NCBI GenBank assembly: GCA_963799845.1
Contig: CAWCYI010000006.1
Location: 1,568,001-1,632,000 of the forward strand
From: an uncultured Nitrososphaerota archaeon
Lineage (GTDB): Archaea > Thermoproteota > Nitrososphaeria > Nitrososphaerales > CADDZS01
DNA length: 64,000 bases
Direction: 5' to 3'
Part shown: positions 1 through 10,766 of the stretch, one piece after another
How the letters are laid out: the number at the start of each line of letters is the position of its first letter
How positions within the stretch are numbered: position 1 is the stretch's first letter
Notes under the pieces: generated by a model
What the model saw: only the letters and a program-made list of their open reading frames with translations
Databases searched by the model: none
What the model was told of the DNA's origin: nothing
Position numbers and translations under genes: made by a program

Positions 1-226
1 ACTGCCATAAGCATCTTGTGCACGCATGTCTGTTGCCAATGCCAGTACCGACAGTACGACGACCTACTTGTACTGTCCCTGTCACGGCTCCGAGTTTGAT
101 CAAAACGGAAATGTCTTGAGAGGGCCGGCCGCAACTAAATTACCTTCGATTCAACTGAATGTCGATAGCAAAGGAAACATCTTTCCGATAAAAGTCGTCG
201 GCTCCGGACCTTGTGTTTCTGGCTAG
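1..226 (+). CDS. Rieske (2Fe-2S) protein, 5'-truncated by the window, apparent frameshift near 49
   Basis: CTH motif (ILCTHVCC) in frame 1 and YCPCHGSEFD...GPA in frame 2; one extra base separates them. Confidence 0.85.
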
Positions 227-257
227 TTTGAACTAAAACATCAAAAATTTGTTTTTT

Positions 258-653
258 TTAAAGATCCGATCTCTCTTCTCGCGACTCCCGATTATGGGAT
301 GGCTCAGTTGACTTTACATTTCTCTTTGGTCGCACAACAAGAGCAACGAAAAATATAGTCAAAGTTAGAAAGTCCATCACCGAGTTAAAGAGCTCGCCGC
401 TCAAGTTAGAGAATGGTAGTGTTTCTGCAACTTGTTTTACAAAAAACGTCAGGAATCCGAAAGAAACTATCAGCAGCGTTGGCTGCCTCCCTCTTTTAGC
501 CCAGGCATATAGTGTGATCGCGAACAATAGAAAAGAAAATACGCCAGTTGCTAAATCCAAGCCGAATTCTATCGGTCCCTCGTTTCCAAACAAGTCTCCA
601 AATTGGAGTACTGAGGCCACCCCTTGGATACTAATAACCGATTCTGGGATCAT
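258..653 (-). CDS. small multi-pass membrane protein
   Basis: 131-aa ORF with 3 hydrophobic segments, downstream of the wHTH gene. Confidence 0.65.
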   Translation of the reverse strand: MIPESVISIQGVASVLQFGDLFGNEGPIEFGLDLATGVFSFLLFAITLYAWAKRGRQPTLLIVSFGFLTFFVKQVAETLPFSNLSGELFNSVMDFLTLTIFFVALVVRPKRNVKSTEPSHNRESREERSDL

Positions 654-695
654 TTTTTCTCACTCTTTATTCTATCCGTTTTCTTGAATTTTCCC

Positions 696-1286
696 TTACT
701 TGTCGTCTTCTTTTCCCTCACGCTCAACTTCGTCAGGGTCCAAATCTCTTTCTTCGTCTCCTAGGGACGATGCTGAGACCTCGTTTATCGCATTCGCGAA
801 CCTGTCGACCCATTTCTGCCATGAACTCGGATGATACCTTCTAACTAGGTTGATTATTTCAGTTGGATCGCCTATCACTTCGTACTTCACGAATTGAGCT
901 TCATGCCTGACCAGTACGAGCTTGGAACCAACTAGTCGCTTCATGTGCCAGTTTACCGTTCCCGGGGACATTCGGGCGAATTCTGAAAGCTCCTTCTGAC
1001 CGGAACCGGGATTTTGAATAAGATAGAGAAGCAAATCTCTTTCCGTCTCTTGTGAGAGCACGTCCAGAATTTCTTGTTGGTGTTCGCCGAAGACAAGCGA
1101 GAGATAAAATCGCTTGTATAGCCCACCTCTTCGCGAAATAATTTTTCTTTCCCTTTCAAGAGTATAGAGATGATACTGGGTCACTCCCATAGATATGTTG
1201 AGGTCTCGCTTGATCTGGCGAAGATGTGCGCCGGGATGTGCCTTGATGTATTGAAGAACCTGTTCTCTTGTCTCGACCGCGGTCGA
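696..1286 (-). CDS. tandem winged helix-turn-helix transcriptional regulator
   Basis: Two wHTH units (HPGAHLRQIKRDLNISMGVTQYHL; NPGSGQKELSEFARMSPGTVNWH); frame is open upstream of the 1190 ATG; true start uncertain. Confidence 0.8.
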   Translation of the reverse strand, partial: STAVETREQVLQYIKAHPGAHLRQIKRDLNISMGVTQYHLYTLERERKIISRRGGLYKRFYLSLVFGEHQQEILDVLSQETERDLLLYLIQNPGSGQKELSEFARMSPGTVNWHMKRLVGSKLVLVRHEAQFVKYEVIGDPTEIINLVRRYHPSSWQKWVDRFANAINEVSASSLGDEERDLDPDEVEREGKEDDK

Positions 1287-1407
1287 CTAAATTCCGCTCC
1301 GGGCAATATGCGTCTTGTATTTTTGCGGAGATAACGCTTTCCCATTTCATCTTGAATTGATCACAACATATTTCAAAATTAACTGCTAATGGAAACAAAG
1401 CTGCGGC

Positions 1408-1499
1408 TATTCATCGATTTTGGTACATTTGTGAAAATGGGAAAATTAGATTCCCGGGTAAAATCGTGCGCAGCTCTTTTCGCAATATTCATCGATTTT
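1408..1499. promoter_or_regulatory. 14-bp direct repeat TATTCATCGATTTT, candidate operator
   Basis: Exact copies at 1408-1421 and 1486-1499 in a divergent intergenic region. Confidence 0.4.
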
Positions 1500-1618
1500 A
1501 CGTCCTCAATCCGCGGAAGCATACCGAGAATTCCGATTCGGTTTTGACAACTGTACTAGAATGGATAAATCATTCGGGACCTTTCTGTGATAAAATATCT
1601 TAAAATTTAGGTGAAAAA

Positions 1619-2920
1619 ATGAATTCAAAAACGAGAGTAACAATAATCTTTGGTACGTCGTTGTCAGCGATATTTCTCTTGTCTTCAGGAATATTCGTAG
1701 TTGCAGGTGCAACGAGCCTTCCGACTTTTGCTCCAGCTTTCAATCTGAGTAATGATGGTTTTAGGGCGACAGATCCGAATGTTCAAAACAGTGGATCTAA
1801 TGTTTATGTGGTTTGGACAGAAGGCCCTCACGGAATATACTTCAGGGCAAGCTCTGATGACGGAACAACATGGAATCCACCCACATCTTCTTCCGCCTTG
1901 AAGATAAGCAGTTCTAGAGGAAACACTAATGCTCCATTAATGACGGATTCCGGAAACTATGTTTACATAGTCTGGCCGCAAAGTTCTCAAATCTATTTTG
2001 CGGTGAGCACGAATAATGGAGCATCATTTTCTGCACCATTAGTAGTCAGCACTTCTGGCGTCACTTCTCTTACTCCAGTAATTGCGGCGTACGGTAGTGA
2101 TGTGTACGTTGCGTATGATGGGGGCGGACATTCTTACGTAACAGCCAGTTCTAACAATGGAGCAACTTGGACAAAACCATTCCTGTATGGCTCGGGGCCA
2201 GAACCACAGGTTGCCGCGTGGAGTACGAATGCATATGCAATCGCAGACAGTTCGAGCAGAGCCACTACTGCAATAGCTGTAACCCATAACAATGGGGTTA
2301 GCTGGACTAAGACAGGATCAAGCGGAGGTTCAGAACCGTGGATCGCGGCTCAAGGGACAAACGTGATCGCTGCCTGGGAAACAAAAGGTAGCACAAGCAA
2401 AGTGTACGTCATCACAAGTACAAACTCTGGCACCACATTCACAAAGCCGTTCTTGTTATCCTCGACTGTACCTGATTCTTGGGCACCAATGGTAAACGTC
2501 ACAGGAAATACGGAATACGTCGCCTGGAGATCTCATCCCGGAGGTTCACTTTCACAGGAATATGTTTCAACTTCACCCAATGCCGGAGTAGCGTGGTCTT
2601 CTCCGACCGCTATCGGCATCTCTGGTCATGACAATGAATGGCCATTCACCATCGCGGCTTCTGGAAGCAATGCGTTCATCATGTGGAGTGAAAAGACAAA
2701 CACGCTATCGTCGTCCGGTGATTGGCAGACGCAGGTATCTTACAGCGGTGACAGTGGTTCGACATGGACACTGCTGCCATCATTGACCACAAGTCCATCT
2801 TCTGGTGCATCTCCCGAACAAGATATTGCTACAGGTGCGATCAGCGCCTCCTCGACGAGTGCATTCGCGGTCTGGGAGAATAACGCAACAACTCCTCAGA
2901 TCTATTTCAGTTTGTCGTAG
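1619..2920 (+). CDS. secreted BNR/Asp-box repeat (sialidase-like beta-propeller) protein
   Basis: Signal peptide; repeated SxDxGxTW/STNNGASF motifs. Confidence 0.85.
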   Translation: MNSKTRVTIIFGTSLSAIFLLSSGIFVVAGATSLPTFAPAFNLSNDGFRATDPNVQNSGSNVYVVWTEGPHGIYFRASSDDGTTWNPPTSSSALKISSSRGNTNAPLMTDSGNYVYIVWPQSSQIYFAVSTNNGASFSAPLVVSTSGVTSLTPVIAAYGSDVYVAYDGGGHSYVTASSNNGATWTKPFLYGSGPEPQVAAWSTNAYAIADSSSRATTAIAVTHNNGVSWTKTGSSGGSEPWIAAQGTNVIAAWETKGSTSKVYVITSTNSGTTFTKPFLLSSTVPDSWAPMVNVTGNTEYVAWRSHPGGSLSQEYVSTSPNAGVAWSSPTAIGISGHDNEWPFTIAASGSNAFIMWSEKTNTLSSSGDWQTQVSYSGDSGSTWTLLPSLTTSPSSGASPEQDIATGAISASSTSAFAVWENNATTPQIYFSLS

Positions 2921-3040
2921 CTTGAATAGCAGAGAAATTTAAGTCGGAAGCGAGTATATCGGGTCTATTTCGAATGTCTGCGAAATTCCAGTTTGAAGAT
3001 CTACCTTAATAATTAGGCGTACTCCACAGATTGCTTTCAA

Positions 3041-3133
3041 TCAGCTCGTTTCGAGCCCTGTAGCTCAGGAGAGCTCGTTTCATGCCTGTTTACTACGACC
3101 ATCTTTCTTTAAACTGATATTGTGATATTACAG
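3041..3133. repeat. ~95-bp imperfect direct repeat, copy 1
   Basis: TCAGCTCGTTTCGAGC..AGCTCAGGA.AGCTCGTTTCATGCC..TGTTTACT shared with 4646-4740. Confidence 0.8.
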
Positions 3134-3517
3134 TGGCTTACAGCAACTTTGAAAATGAAAGCTTCCTATGGCCGACCGAAAATTTCGGCTTCCTCTTTGT
3201 CGCTCATGAAAGACCACCCCCAAGCAAAATGCGATGGAGAGTATCTGTTCTTGCAATTTTTCACCATGAAATCAAATGGCCTCATTCAATGAAACGGGAC
3301 TACGAAATTGCAAGCGTAGCCTTTCCCCAAGCCTGTTCAGTTCTTCGTGCGTTTTCTTTACTCATTCTAATGGCGGCCATTACATAACCTCGCTGCATAG
3401 GGTTCACTTTTTAGCTTGCGCTTTCCAACTGTCCAGAAAGTATCCGTTCATCTTCGTGCTCCGAAAGGTTGTCGAAATTCTAAACGTTTATTTGTTTGTT
3501 TACATTCATGTGGACAT

Positions 3518-3748
3518 ATGAGTAGTGCGGTTGTGTCTACGCGGATAAGCAAGAAGGATAGAGATACTTTGAGAGACGCGGGAATCGATGTTTCTGCTGA
3601 GTCGAGAAAGCACTTGGAACAAGTTGCGGCGAATATCAGACGGAGAAAGGGGATTGAACGGCTTCACAAAACGATCGATAAGTTGATGCCTCCAGCCGCA
3701 CAGGGTTACGCCAGCAGGAGTGTAAGGGAAGACCGTGAGAGTAATTGA
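3518..3748 (+). CDS. vapB: VapB-type antitoxin
   Basis: MSSAVVSTRISK N-terminus and SVREDRES C-terminus typical of archaeal antitoxins; overlaps the PIN gene. Confidence 0.75.
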   Translation: MSSAVVSTRISKKDRDTLRDAGIDVSAESRKHLEQVAANIRRRKGIERLHKTIDKLMPPAAQGYASRSVREDRESN

Positions 3749-4157
3749 TTCTTCCAGCCTGGGTAAGTATGTGAACAAGGAACAGAGGTGGGAAGAAGTT
3801 GAAGCAAAGCTTGCTGCCAAGGAGACTTCCACGCTGGATTTTGCCATGCACGAAGTGGGAAATAGCGTCTGGAAGAGAGTTTTGAAGAAAGAGGTGTCGA
3901 ACCAAGATGCGCTGGCTACGTACAAAGATTTTGTACGCGCAGTATTCGAAGATGGTCTAGTTATACTAGTGCAAGCGAATTCAGATTTGCTCAACGCTTC
4001 ACTAGAACTGGCCATTCAAGAAAAAACCGCGACATACGACAGCGCTTTCATTGAATTGGCTCACAAGAACAAATGTGAGCTGATTACATCGGATGAGAGA
4101 CAGCATTTCATTTCAAAGAAACATTATCCTACGATGCATGTCACATACATAAGATAG
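3735..4157 (+). CDS. vapC: VapC PIN-domain toxin
   Basis: VIDSS...EVGN...YDSAFIELA...LITSD PIN acidic motifs. Confidence 0.9.
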   Translation: MRVIDSSSLGKYVNKEQRWEEVEAKLAAKETSTLDFAMHEVGNSVWKRVLKKEVSNQDALATYKDFVRAVFEDGLVILVQANSDLLNASLELAIQEKTATYDSAFIELAHKNKCELITSDERQHFISKKHYPTMHVTYIR

Positions 4158-4645
4158 ACATATTCGCGAGAGATCGATTTACTTAACTTTTGAGGGGAGG
4201 CTCCATTCGTCGAAGCCATCGCACAGGATCGTGAAAAAGCGTGATCAATTGCATCGAGGTTTTAATGGTAGCTGATCTAACCAATTCTCCGAGGATTGGA
4301 ACCTGTTCTGACCTAGTCCGAGTTACGATTCTTGGAATCCCAAAATCTCACTACATCGAGGTTCCGCTACTAATCAACTCTACTTCGTAAATGGTCGAAA
4401 ATAAGAGAACATTCCAATTGATTTTTCCAGAGAAAATCAATGAGCAAGATGAGATCACTGAATAAACTGACACGTTGGATCTAAATTTTGCTGGTCTGTC
4501 CGTGAACTCCAGAAGCTTCCGAATAGCCTCTTTTTCCGTTCGTATACTAGTTACCATTGATTCGTTAAGAAAAAAATTTTCTGCGTTTCTACACACGTGA
4601 GCACTTTTTGGCCGAATAGCTACGTTCGAGCTCTGTTCAATGCGT

Positions 4646-4740
4646 TCAGCTCGTTTCGAGCTCTGTAAGCTCAGGACAGCTCGTTTCATGCCCTGTTTAC
4701 TGCGGATATCTTTTTCTTGACTGTTACTCTAATAGTATAA
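4646..4740. repeat. ~95-bp imperfect direct repeat, copy 2
   Basis: Matches 3041-3133. Confidence 0.8.
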
Positions 4741-4756
4741 TGTAACTGTAACTGAA

Positions 4757-5068
4757 CTAGGTATCTTCATTTCTTAATTTATCAAGCAATTTTTTCATGT
4801 CTGCAACCGACCGTTCTTTGGCGGCCGACCCTGCTGCATTATAGAGCGAGAGCTTTGGCATTTGGATTCTCGATGTCATTCTAGCTCCTATCCTTACTTT
4901 TTTTGGAAGTGGTGGTACCGACTCTATCATAATATCTCGAAGATCAATACGAAGTTTAGCCAGCGTAGTGGACAACGAATCGAGACTGTCTGCTTCGGCA
5001 ATCTTCTTACCATCCTTGATGGCTAGATACAATCTCTTAGGACTGGCCCGGCGAGTTTTAGAATCCAC
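4757..5068 (-). CDS. hypothetical protein (DUF5678-like N-part, antitoxin-like tail; possibly chimeric)
   Basis: YLAIKDGKKIAEADSL motif; tail LYNAAGS...LLDKLRNED. Confidence 0.45.
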   Translation of the reverse strand: MDSKTRRASPKRLYLAIKDGKKIAEADSLDSLSTTLAKLRIDLRDIMIESVPPLPKKVRIGARMTSRIQMPKLSLYNAAGSAAKERSVADMKKLLDKLRNEDT

Positions 5069-5128
5069 TATTCAACTCAGCTCTCACCCCTCTTCAACGC
5101 TACCCGATAAAGATTTCAAAAATTGGCT

Positions 5129-5440
5129 TCATACATCAGTGAAGAATCTCTTCAGGAACGAAGTAATCACATCATTCTCTTTGGGATTCAGAGAAACCTG
5201 CAATCCATAAGACGTCTGTTTTGGAATAATCCAGCCGTGCTTAATCAGATCCTTGGCTAGTTTTTCCACACGCTTTGCACCATGCTTGCCGAGGTCTGTC
5301 TCCTTGAACCCCTTTTGGAGATTATCGAAAGCGGTATGGCTAGCTCCCCAGTTTCCTCTCCTGTGCAACTTGAGAATAATTAGCGCTTTGATTTCATCGT
5401 CAGAAAGCATGAGTTCACTTTTGATACTTTTGAAGTGCAT
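5129..5440 (-). CDS. small winged-helix-like hypothetical protein
   Basis: Compact ORF with helix-wing pattern (KDLIKHGWIIPKQTSYG). Confidence 0.65.
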   Translation of the reverse strand: MHFKSIKSELMLSDDEIKALIILKLHRRGNWGASHTAFDNLQKGFKETDLGKHGAKRVEKLAKDLIKHGWIIPKQTSYGLQVSLNPKENDVITSFLKRFFTDV

Positions 5441-5474
5441 ATTTAAATACTTGTAAATCCTTACAGAGGATTCG

Positions 5475-5825
5475 ATGAGCTACAAATCCGACGAGACACT
5501 ATTGCTCAAGTACCTCGGCGCAAGCCCGACTTTGCGGATAGTGGACTTTTTTCTGGACAACCCACTCTCAGACTATTCAAAGAACGAGATTGTGAATAAC
5601 CTTGCGATGAGCAGGATGACGTTCTTCAAGTACTGGAGGGAACTGGAAAAATCCAGCGCCGTAAAGCCCACAAGGCAGATCGGAAGGGCCACGATGTACC
5701 AACTCGACAGGACTAACGATGTCGTGAAACAATTGATCAAGCTGGATATGACTCTCGCAAGCAAGACCATGCGGAAAGCTGTCGAAAAATATGAGAAACC
5801 GATTGAAGTGAAGTCTAGAAGCTAA
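5475..5825 (+). CDS. wHTH transcriptional regulator
   Basis: YSKNEIVNNLAMSRMTF HTH; TRQIGRATMYQL wing. Confidence 0.8.
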   Translation: MSYKSDETLLLKYLGASPTLRIVDFFLDNPLSDYSKNEIVNNLAMSRMTFFKYWRELEKSSAVKPTRQIGRATMYQLDRTNDVVKQLIKLDMTLASKTMRKAVEKYEKPIEVKSRS

Positions 5826-5900
5826 TACATAACAAGGGACATTCGGGGACTTCGCTAATCTAATTAATTCTCCTCGGAAGAGACACCTCGTTTACAAAAA

Positions 5901-6791
5901 ATGAAATTTGGCGTTTGCGTTCCAAACTACGGAGAATCCCTCTCGGTCGAGGGAATGCGCGCTGTCGGCTTGGAAGCGGAAAAGTTGGGTTACGATTCTA
6001 TCTGGACTACGGATCACATCCTGATGCCGAAAAACAGCGGCACTCCCTACGAGCAGATTTTCGATTCCATCGCGAGCCTTGCATACCTCGCTCCGCAGAC
6101 AAATAGAGTCAAACTGGGAATCTCCTCTTTGATAATCGGAATGCGAAATCCTGTCGTGGCAGCAAAGCAGCTCGCTTCAATAGACACTTTCTCGGGCGGT
6201 CGAGTCCTTGTCGCGATGGCGTCCGGATGGAATGAGACAGAGTTTTCATTCTTGGGGGCTGATTATCACAGACGCGGAAAAAAACTCGATGAATCGATTA
6301 AGCTCTTCAGAGAACTGTGGGAGGGCGAAACAAAATTTCACGGGAGCGCGCTCTCAGTAAATTTTGAGAACGCCGTTTTCGAGCCGAGACCTTCGAGGCC
6401 GCATCTTTCGATTCTCATAGGTGGCCAGAGCGGGGCTGCAATGAAGCGAGCCGTAGCTTTGGGGGACGGTTGGCACCCGAACGTCTTCCCGCTTGATACA
6501 TTCAGAAAACTCGTCGATCAATTCAGGAAGATTTCGCCGATGGCAAAAGACAAAGAGATCTGTGTCCGAATAGGGCTGAATACCATGGCGAAGGAGTCGG
6601 AATACATCGGAGCTACCGGAGAAAAGAGGATACTATTTTCCGGCGACATGTCGAAAAATCACCAGCTCCTCTCCGAGCTCGAGAGTCTAGGGGTCTCGTC
6701 GGCGGTTCTCGTTCCAAACACGGATGGAAAGATCTCGACTGAAAACCAGCTGCAGAGCATAAGGGATTTTGCCAAAGAATTCTTGAAGTAA
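5901..6791 (+). CDS. LLM-class (probable F420-dependent) oxidoreductase
   Basis: MKFG...AEKLGYDSIWTTDH, SGGR, GW..EF motifs. Confidence 0.9.
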   Translation: MKFGVCVPNYGESLSVEGMRAVGLEAEKLGYDSIWTTDHILMPKNSGTPYEQIFDSIASLAYLAPQTNRVKLGISSLIIGMRNPVVAAKQLASIDTFSGGRVLVAMASGWNETEFSFLGADYHRRGKKLDESIKLFRELWEGETKFHGSALSVNFENAVFEPRPSRPHLSILIGGQSGAAMKRAVALGDGWHPNVFPLDTFRKLVDQFRKISPMAKDKEICVRIGLNTMAKESEYIGATGEKRILFSGDMSKNHQLLSELESLGVSSAVLVPNTDGKISTENQLQSIRDFAKEFLK

Positions 6792-6846
6792 AAATCAAGA
6801 AATTATCGTTCCGGATTTTTCTCTAACAGATCGCAACCGCTAAAAT

Positions 6847-7161
6847 TCAGTTCTTGCCCTGCGGGGGAATGTTTTGGGGCCCGACAGGTTCCTCCGTCTT
6901 TGCGATTCCGGGAGGCGGAGCCATTTTAGGCTCGTCTTTTCTGATCTTGATATTCTTAACGAGAATGTTGCCGTTGAAGTTTACTCCAAAGGCAATGATC
7001 GTGGCAATTATCTCGGCTGATTCGTACCAGATCTTGAAATCTTGAACGAAAAAGTAAAGCAGCCCCCAGTTTACCACCGCTCCGACCGCACCAACAAGCA
7101 CGAACTTGAAGGCCTTCCTGCCGTAATCCCCAAGGTCAAGCATGATCGAGTCTATACTCAA
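6847..7161 (-). CDS. GtrA-family membrane protein
   Basis: FKFVLVGAVGAVVN motif; short form with 2 TM segments. Confidence 0.7.
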   Translation of the reverse strand: MSIDSIMLDLGDYGRKAFKFVLVGAVGAVVNWGLLYFFVQDFKIWYESAEIIATIIAFGVNFNGNILVKNIKIRKDEPKMAPPPGIAKTEEPVGPQNIPPQGKN

Positions 7162-7643
7162 AAGGCCTATTTCAAACTACCCAGTATTTCCATTCGCAGG
7201 AACCGTTCCAAACGGCAGAACGCGCGCAAGGATATTCGCTTCTGTCAGGTTTACGGCACTCTTGAACTCATTTCAAAGAGTCGGCACACTTGATTGACTG
7301 CCAGCTGGGAAGATTACCATGCTTCAGTACCCTTCAAGTCAGCGACCTAAGACAAATCAATTCTACTACTTAGGAAACTTTCAACCCGTCATCAAATGTT
7401 ACCGTTGACGCTTTTCCGGGGGAGATAACACTTGAAGCTCGTCAAACGAAAATCGAGGGCGCGGTAGTACTTTTTTCGTTTTGATGTAGCTGAATTTTTC
7501 ATTTTAGAATCTCCGCAAATAACTTAAACCCGCAATGGATCTTCGGTGCAAGACCTGGCAATTTAGTTAGGTCATGCTAGATTTTACGAAATTTTTTTGG
7601 GTGAATGATTTTTCTTGTTCGGACCTGGGAGCTCGGATGCAGA

Positions 7644-8574
7644 TTGAGCAATCGCACCAACCTGTACGGGTATCTTGCGGTAGTTGTGACCAGTTTCCTC
7701 CTGGGTCTGTTCCCGACCGTATCCAAGCCGGTCATCGCAACTACGAACCCGCTATTCTTTACCTCAATCTGCGCTCTCGCCCCGTTTTTCGTTTTCACTC
7801 CTCTGTCGATCACCTCCTCCCGAAGAAACAAGGGGAAGATTCAGACTCCCGTGAAGGGGAGGAGGATCTATGGCATCGTAATGATCAGCGCATTTGTGGG
7901 GGGCATAGTAGGGCCTGTGGTTTATTTCTTTGGTCTGCAGACGACTGCCGCGTCAGACGCTTCTCTGCTGGCGAACGCCGAGATGGTGTTCACGATCGTC
8001 ATCGCTTCAATTGCTTTCCGAGAAAAATTAAGTCGGACAGGTCTCTTGGCGGTGATCCTGGTTTCAATCGGAGTTGTCGTCGTTACCACCAACCTGCAAT
8101 TTTCAAATTCCCTCTTCGATTTTGTGAGCCCAGGTCACCTGTTGATCCTCATGTCCGGCTTGTGCTGGGGGCTGGACAATAATATCATCACATACGCCTC
8201 GGAGAGAATCGACGTCGTGAAGTTTATCCAGTTAAGATCCAGCCTTACCGGGCAGGTACCTGCTGTTGCTGTCCTATCTCTCCTCCGTCTTCCCGCCAAA
8301 CGCTTCAGGACTCGGAAAGATATTCCTGATCGGCCTGCTCGTATTCGGAGGATCTCTTTACTTCAACTTCCTGGCGCTGAAGTGGCTGGGCGCGATCAGA
8401 TCGACCCTGATTTTCCCGATATCCTCGGTATTCGGGCTGATTGCCGCGTACATTATCCTAGATGAAACGATTGGAATCTATCAGATAGTCTCGGTGGGCG
8501 TGATCTTTGTCGGGATCTATCTCATGACGAGAACCGAAAGCGTGAGACGGGAGGCTAGCTACGATCTGCCGTAA
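7644..8574 (+). CDS. EamA/DMT family transporter, frameshifted near 8255
   Basis: Two EamA halves split over ORFs 7605-8465 and 8266-8574. Confidence 0.85.
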
Positions 8575-8587
8575 AGTCGCAGGTTAT

Positions 8588-9682
8588 TTACTGTACGTCG
8601 CGTTTTGAGATCTTCGAAAGGGCACCTGAAAGTGCATCGAGTCCCTGTCGCGTCTGTGCAGGAGACCTAGTGAGGCACAATCGAAAATGCCCGGGATAAT
8701 CGAAAAACTCGCCCGGGCTGACCAACACCCCGAATTCGTCGATGAGAATCTTGCCCAGTTCAATCGAGGAAATATGCAACTTTACCTTCGGAAACCCGAA
8801 AGGAGCTCCGTCGGGCTCTACCCATTCCACGAACTCCGAGTTGTTTTTGATGAACTCCCGTCCGAGCGACATGCTTTGCCTAGTCATCGTCTTTGTTCTC
8901 TCATCGAACAATTTTTTCTTTTCCAGAACTTCGATCGCAATCATGCAGCTAAAGCGCGCGATCTCTATGCTTACCCACTTGTTCAGGGCCCTTACCCTTT
9001 CCATGACTTTCTTTTCCGCAATCAGCCAGCCTACTCTGATGTCTCCCAGCCCGTAGTACTTTGTCATGCTGCTGGCAACGATGACATTGTCCCCAAAGGA
9101 CCTCGCCATCGGTGAAGGATCATCGGCAAACTCCCTGAAAGTCTCGTCAACAAAAACAGGCAAATCCCTCTTCGCAGCGAAGCGCGCGATCTCCTCCAGA
9201 TCTTTTCCGGAAATCTTCAAGCCGGATGGATTGTTCGAGTTTGTGAGAATGACGAGTCTGGTATTCCTGGAAATAGCATTCAGGACGGATTCGACATTCA
9301 ATCGAAAACCATTCTCGTAGCTGGTACTCACTTCATGCACGCTCGCCCCGAGAATGCGGGGAACTTTGTATTCCGGGGGATAGTTCGGCATTGGTATTAC
9401 GACTTCGTCGCCAGATTTTACGATTGAGGAGATTGCCAGGAATATCGACATCGTGCTCCCGCTGCACGCCATGATTTCATTAGCGGGAACGCCATACACG
9501 CGCCCTAACGATTCCTCCAGCTTCACAGTTCGCAGAGCGGAAAGAGAAATTGGGTCTGTCTCGATTCCGAACTCGTCCAGATTCGGAGCTTCGACCCCGC
9601 TGGAGGCGAGGTTATACTTGGCCCTCTCAACATTCTCATTCAGCCAGTCCAATAGTTCAAAATCTTCGTGCCTGAAAGACAA
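8588..9682 (-). CDS. PLP-dependent aminotransferase class I/II
   Basis: NSNNPSG, VDETF, SMTKYYGLGDIRVGW motifs. Confidence 0.92.
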   Translation of the reverse strand: MSFRHEDFELLDWLNENVERAKYNLASSGVEAPNLDEFGIETDPISLSALRTVKLEESLGRVYGVPANEIMACSGSTMSIFLAISSIVKSGDEVVIPMPNYPPEYKVPRILGASVHEVSTSYENGFRLNVESVLNAISRNTRLVILTNSNNPSGLKISGKDLEEIARFAAKRDLPVFVDETFREFADDPSPMARSFGDNVIVASSMTKYYGLGDIRVGWLIAEKKVMERVRALNKWVSIEIARFSCMIAIEVLEKKKLFDERTKTMTRQSMSLGREFIKNNSEFVEWVEPDGAPFGFPKVKLHISSIELGKILIDEFGVLVSPGEFFDYPGHFRLCLTRSPAQTRQGLDALSGALSKISKRDVQ

Positions 9683-9889
9683 ATGGATCTGCTCTCTTAC
9701 TGGAGGATAAAAGGTGATTTTCGTTGTTCGATGCTGTCATGTTTCCAGCCCCGTCGGAAGGTTGTAGATGAACTGCCGTTGCTTCACTGTGTATTCGGCG
9801 AATGAGTCAAGATCTGCCTTATGCAGAACGCGTCAATTGGATTTCAGTCAAAATGCTATATAGGTTACTGTAATATTACAGAACATACG

Positions 9890-10153
9890 ATGCCTGATTT
9901 ATTCGGAAGATCGAAGCTCAAAGAAGAACTAGATGCCTGGCAAAAATATTCCGACTCACTGCTCCCTGACGACAGGGCGGCTTTAGAGAGGACAATCCAG
10001 AACGCGATGCAGTACGGGGAGTTCGTCGAGGATGCTCCCAGGGGGCACGAGACTGAAGCGTTTCTCCTTAGCATCCTTCTCTCCCAGCAAAAGAAGATTG
10101 AGGAGCTAAAGCGAGCGTTTGCAAACCAGAAAAAAGATTGGGCGAATCGATAG
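9890..10153 (+). CDS. small helical hypothetical protein
   Basis: ATG at 9890; coiled-coil C-terminus; resembles small proteins usually encoded beside archaeal PolB2 (recollection, unverified). Confidence 0.55.
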   Translation: MPDLFGRSKLKEELDAWQKYSDSLLPDDRAALERTIQNAMQYGEFVEDAPRGHETEAFLLSILLSQQKKIEELKRAFANQKKDWANR

Positions 10154-10568
10154 ACGGGTCTGCAGGTCTATCTGTCCGCAGCACCTCTCACCGTGTGAGA
10201 ATAGTCACAATAAGAACGATGAATTACATGAGCACATAACGCTCAACGGAAATCTGTGCATGTGGGGGTAGTTCCAACTTCGGGTCGTTTTCCAATTCTC
10301 ATGCAACGGCTTGATTTGCGATTCGAGTTGCGATGAGGGTACTCTCATGTTGTGAAAATTAGAGCATTCATTCACATTCGTTTTTCCTAATCCTCGGAAC
10401 CAATTGTTGAGTAATGTGTCAGTTTCCTTGGCCAGGCCAGCTTGTTAGATTGAGACGCCCGAATATCTCGCTTTGCGATTTAAGCATGGATTGGTCACAC
10501 GCCCTCTGGGCCAACACTCCGGAGGCCGAAACCGTCTACCTTAGATACTACTACCCAGGAAGCGAAGA

Positions 10569-10760
10569 TTGAAATTGAACATCGGAATCAATTACATGCT
10601 TCTTCTGGTCATTTCCGGCGCGATTTCGAGCGGCCTTCTGAGCTCGGGCCATTTTGTCCCATCGCTGATCTTGATGGGACTCACGGCGGCGGCACTTTTT
10701 TACTTCGAGCGAAAAGAAAAGAAATCGCAGCAGATCTTGCGAGACAAACCAGTTTATTAG
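10569..10760 (+). CDS. small membrane protein
   Basis: 2 TM segments and a basic tail. Confidence 0.45.
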   Translation: MKLNIGINYMLLLVISGAISSGLLSSGHFVPSLILMGLTAAALFYFERKEKKSQQILRDKPVY

Positions 10761-10766
10761 CGACTG

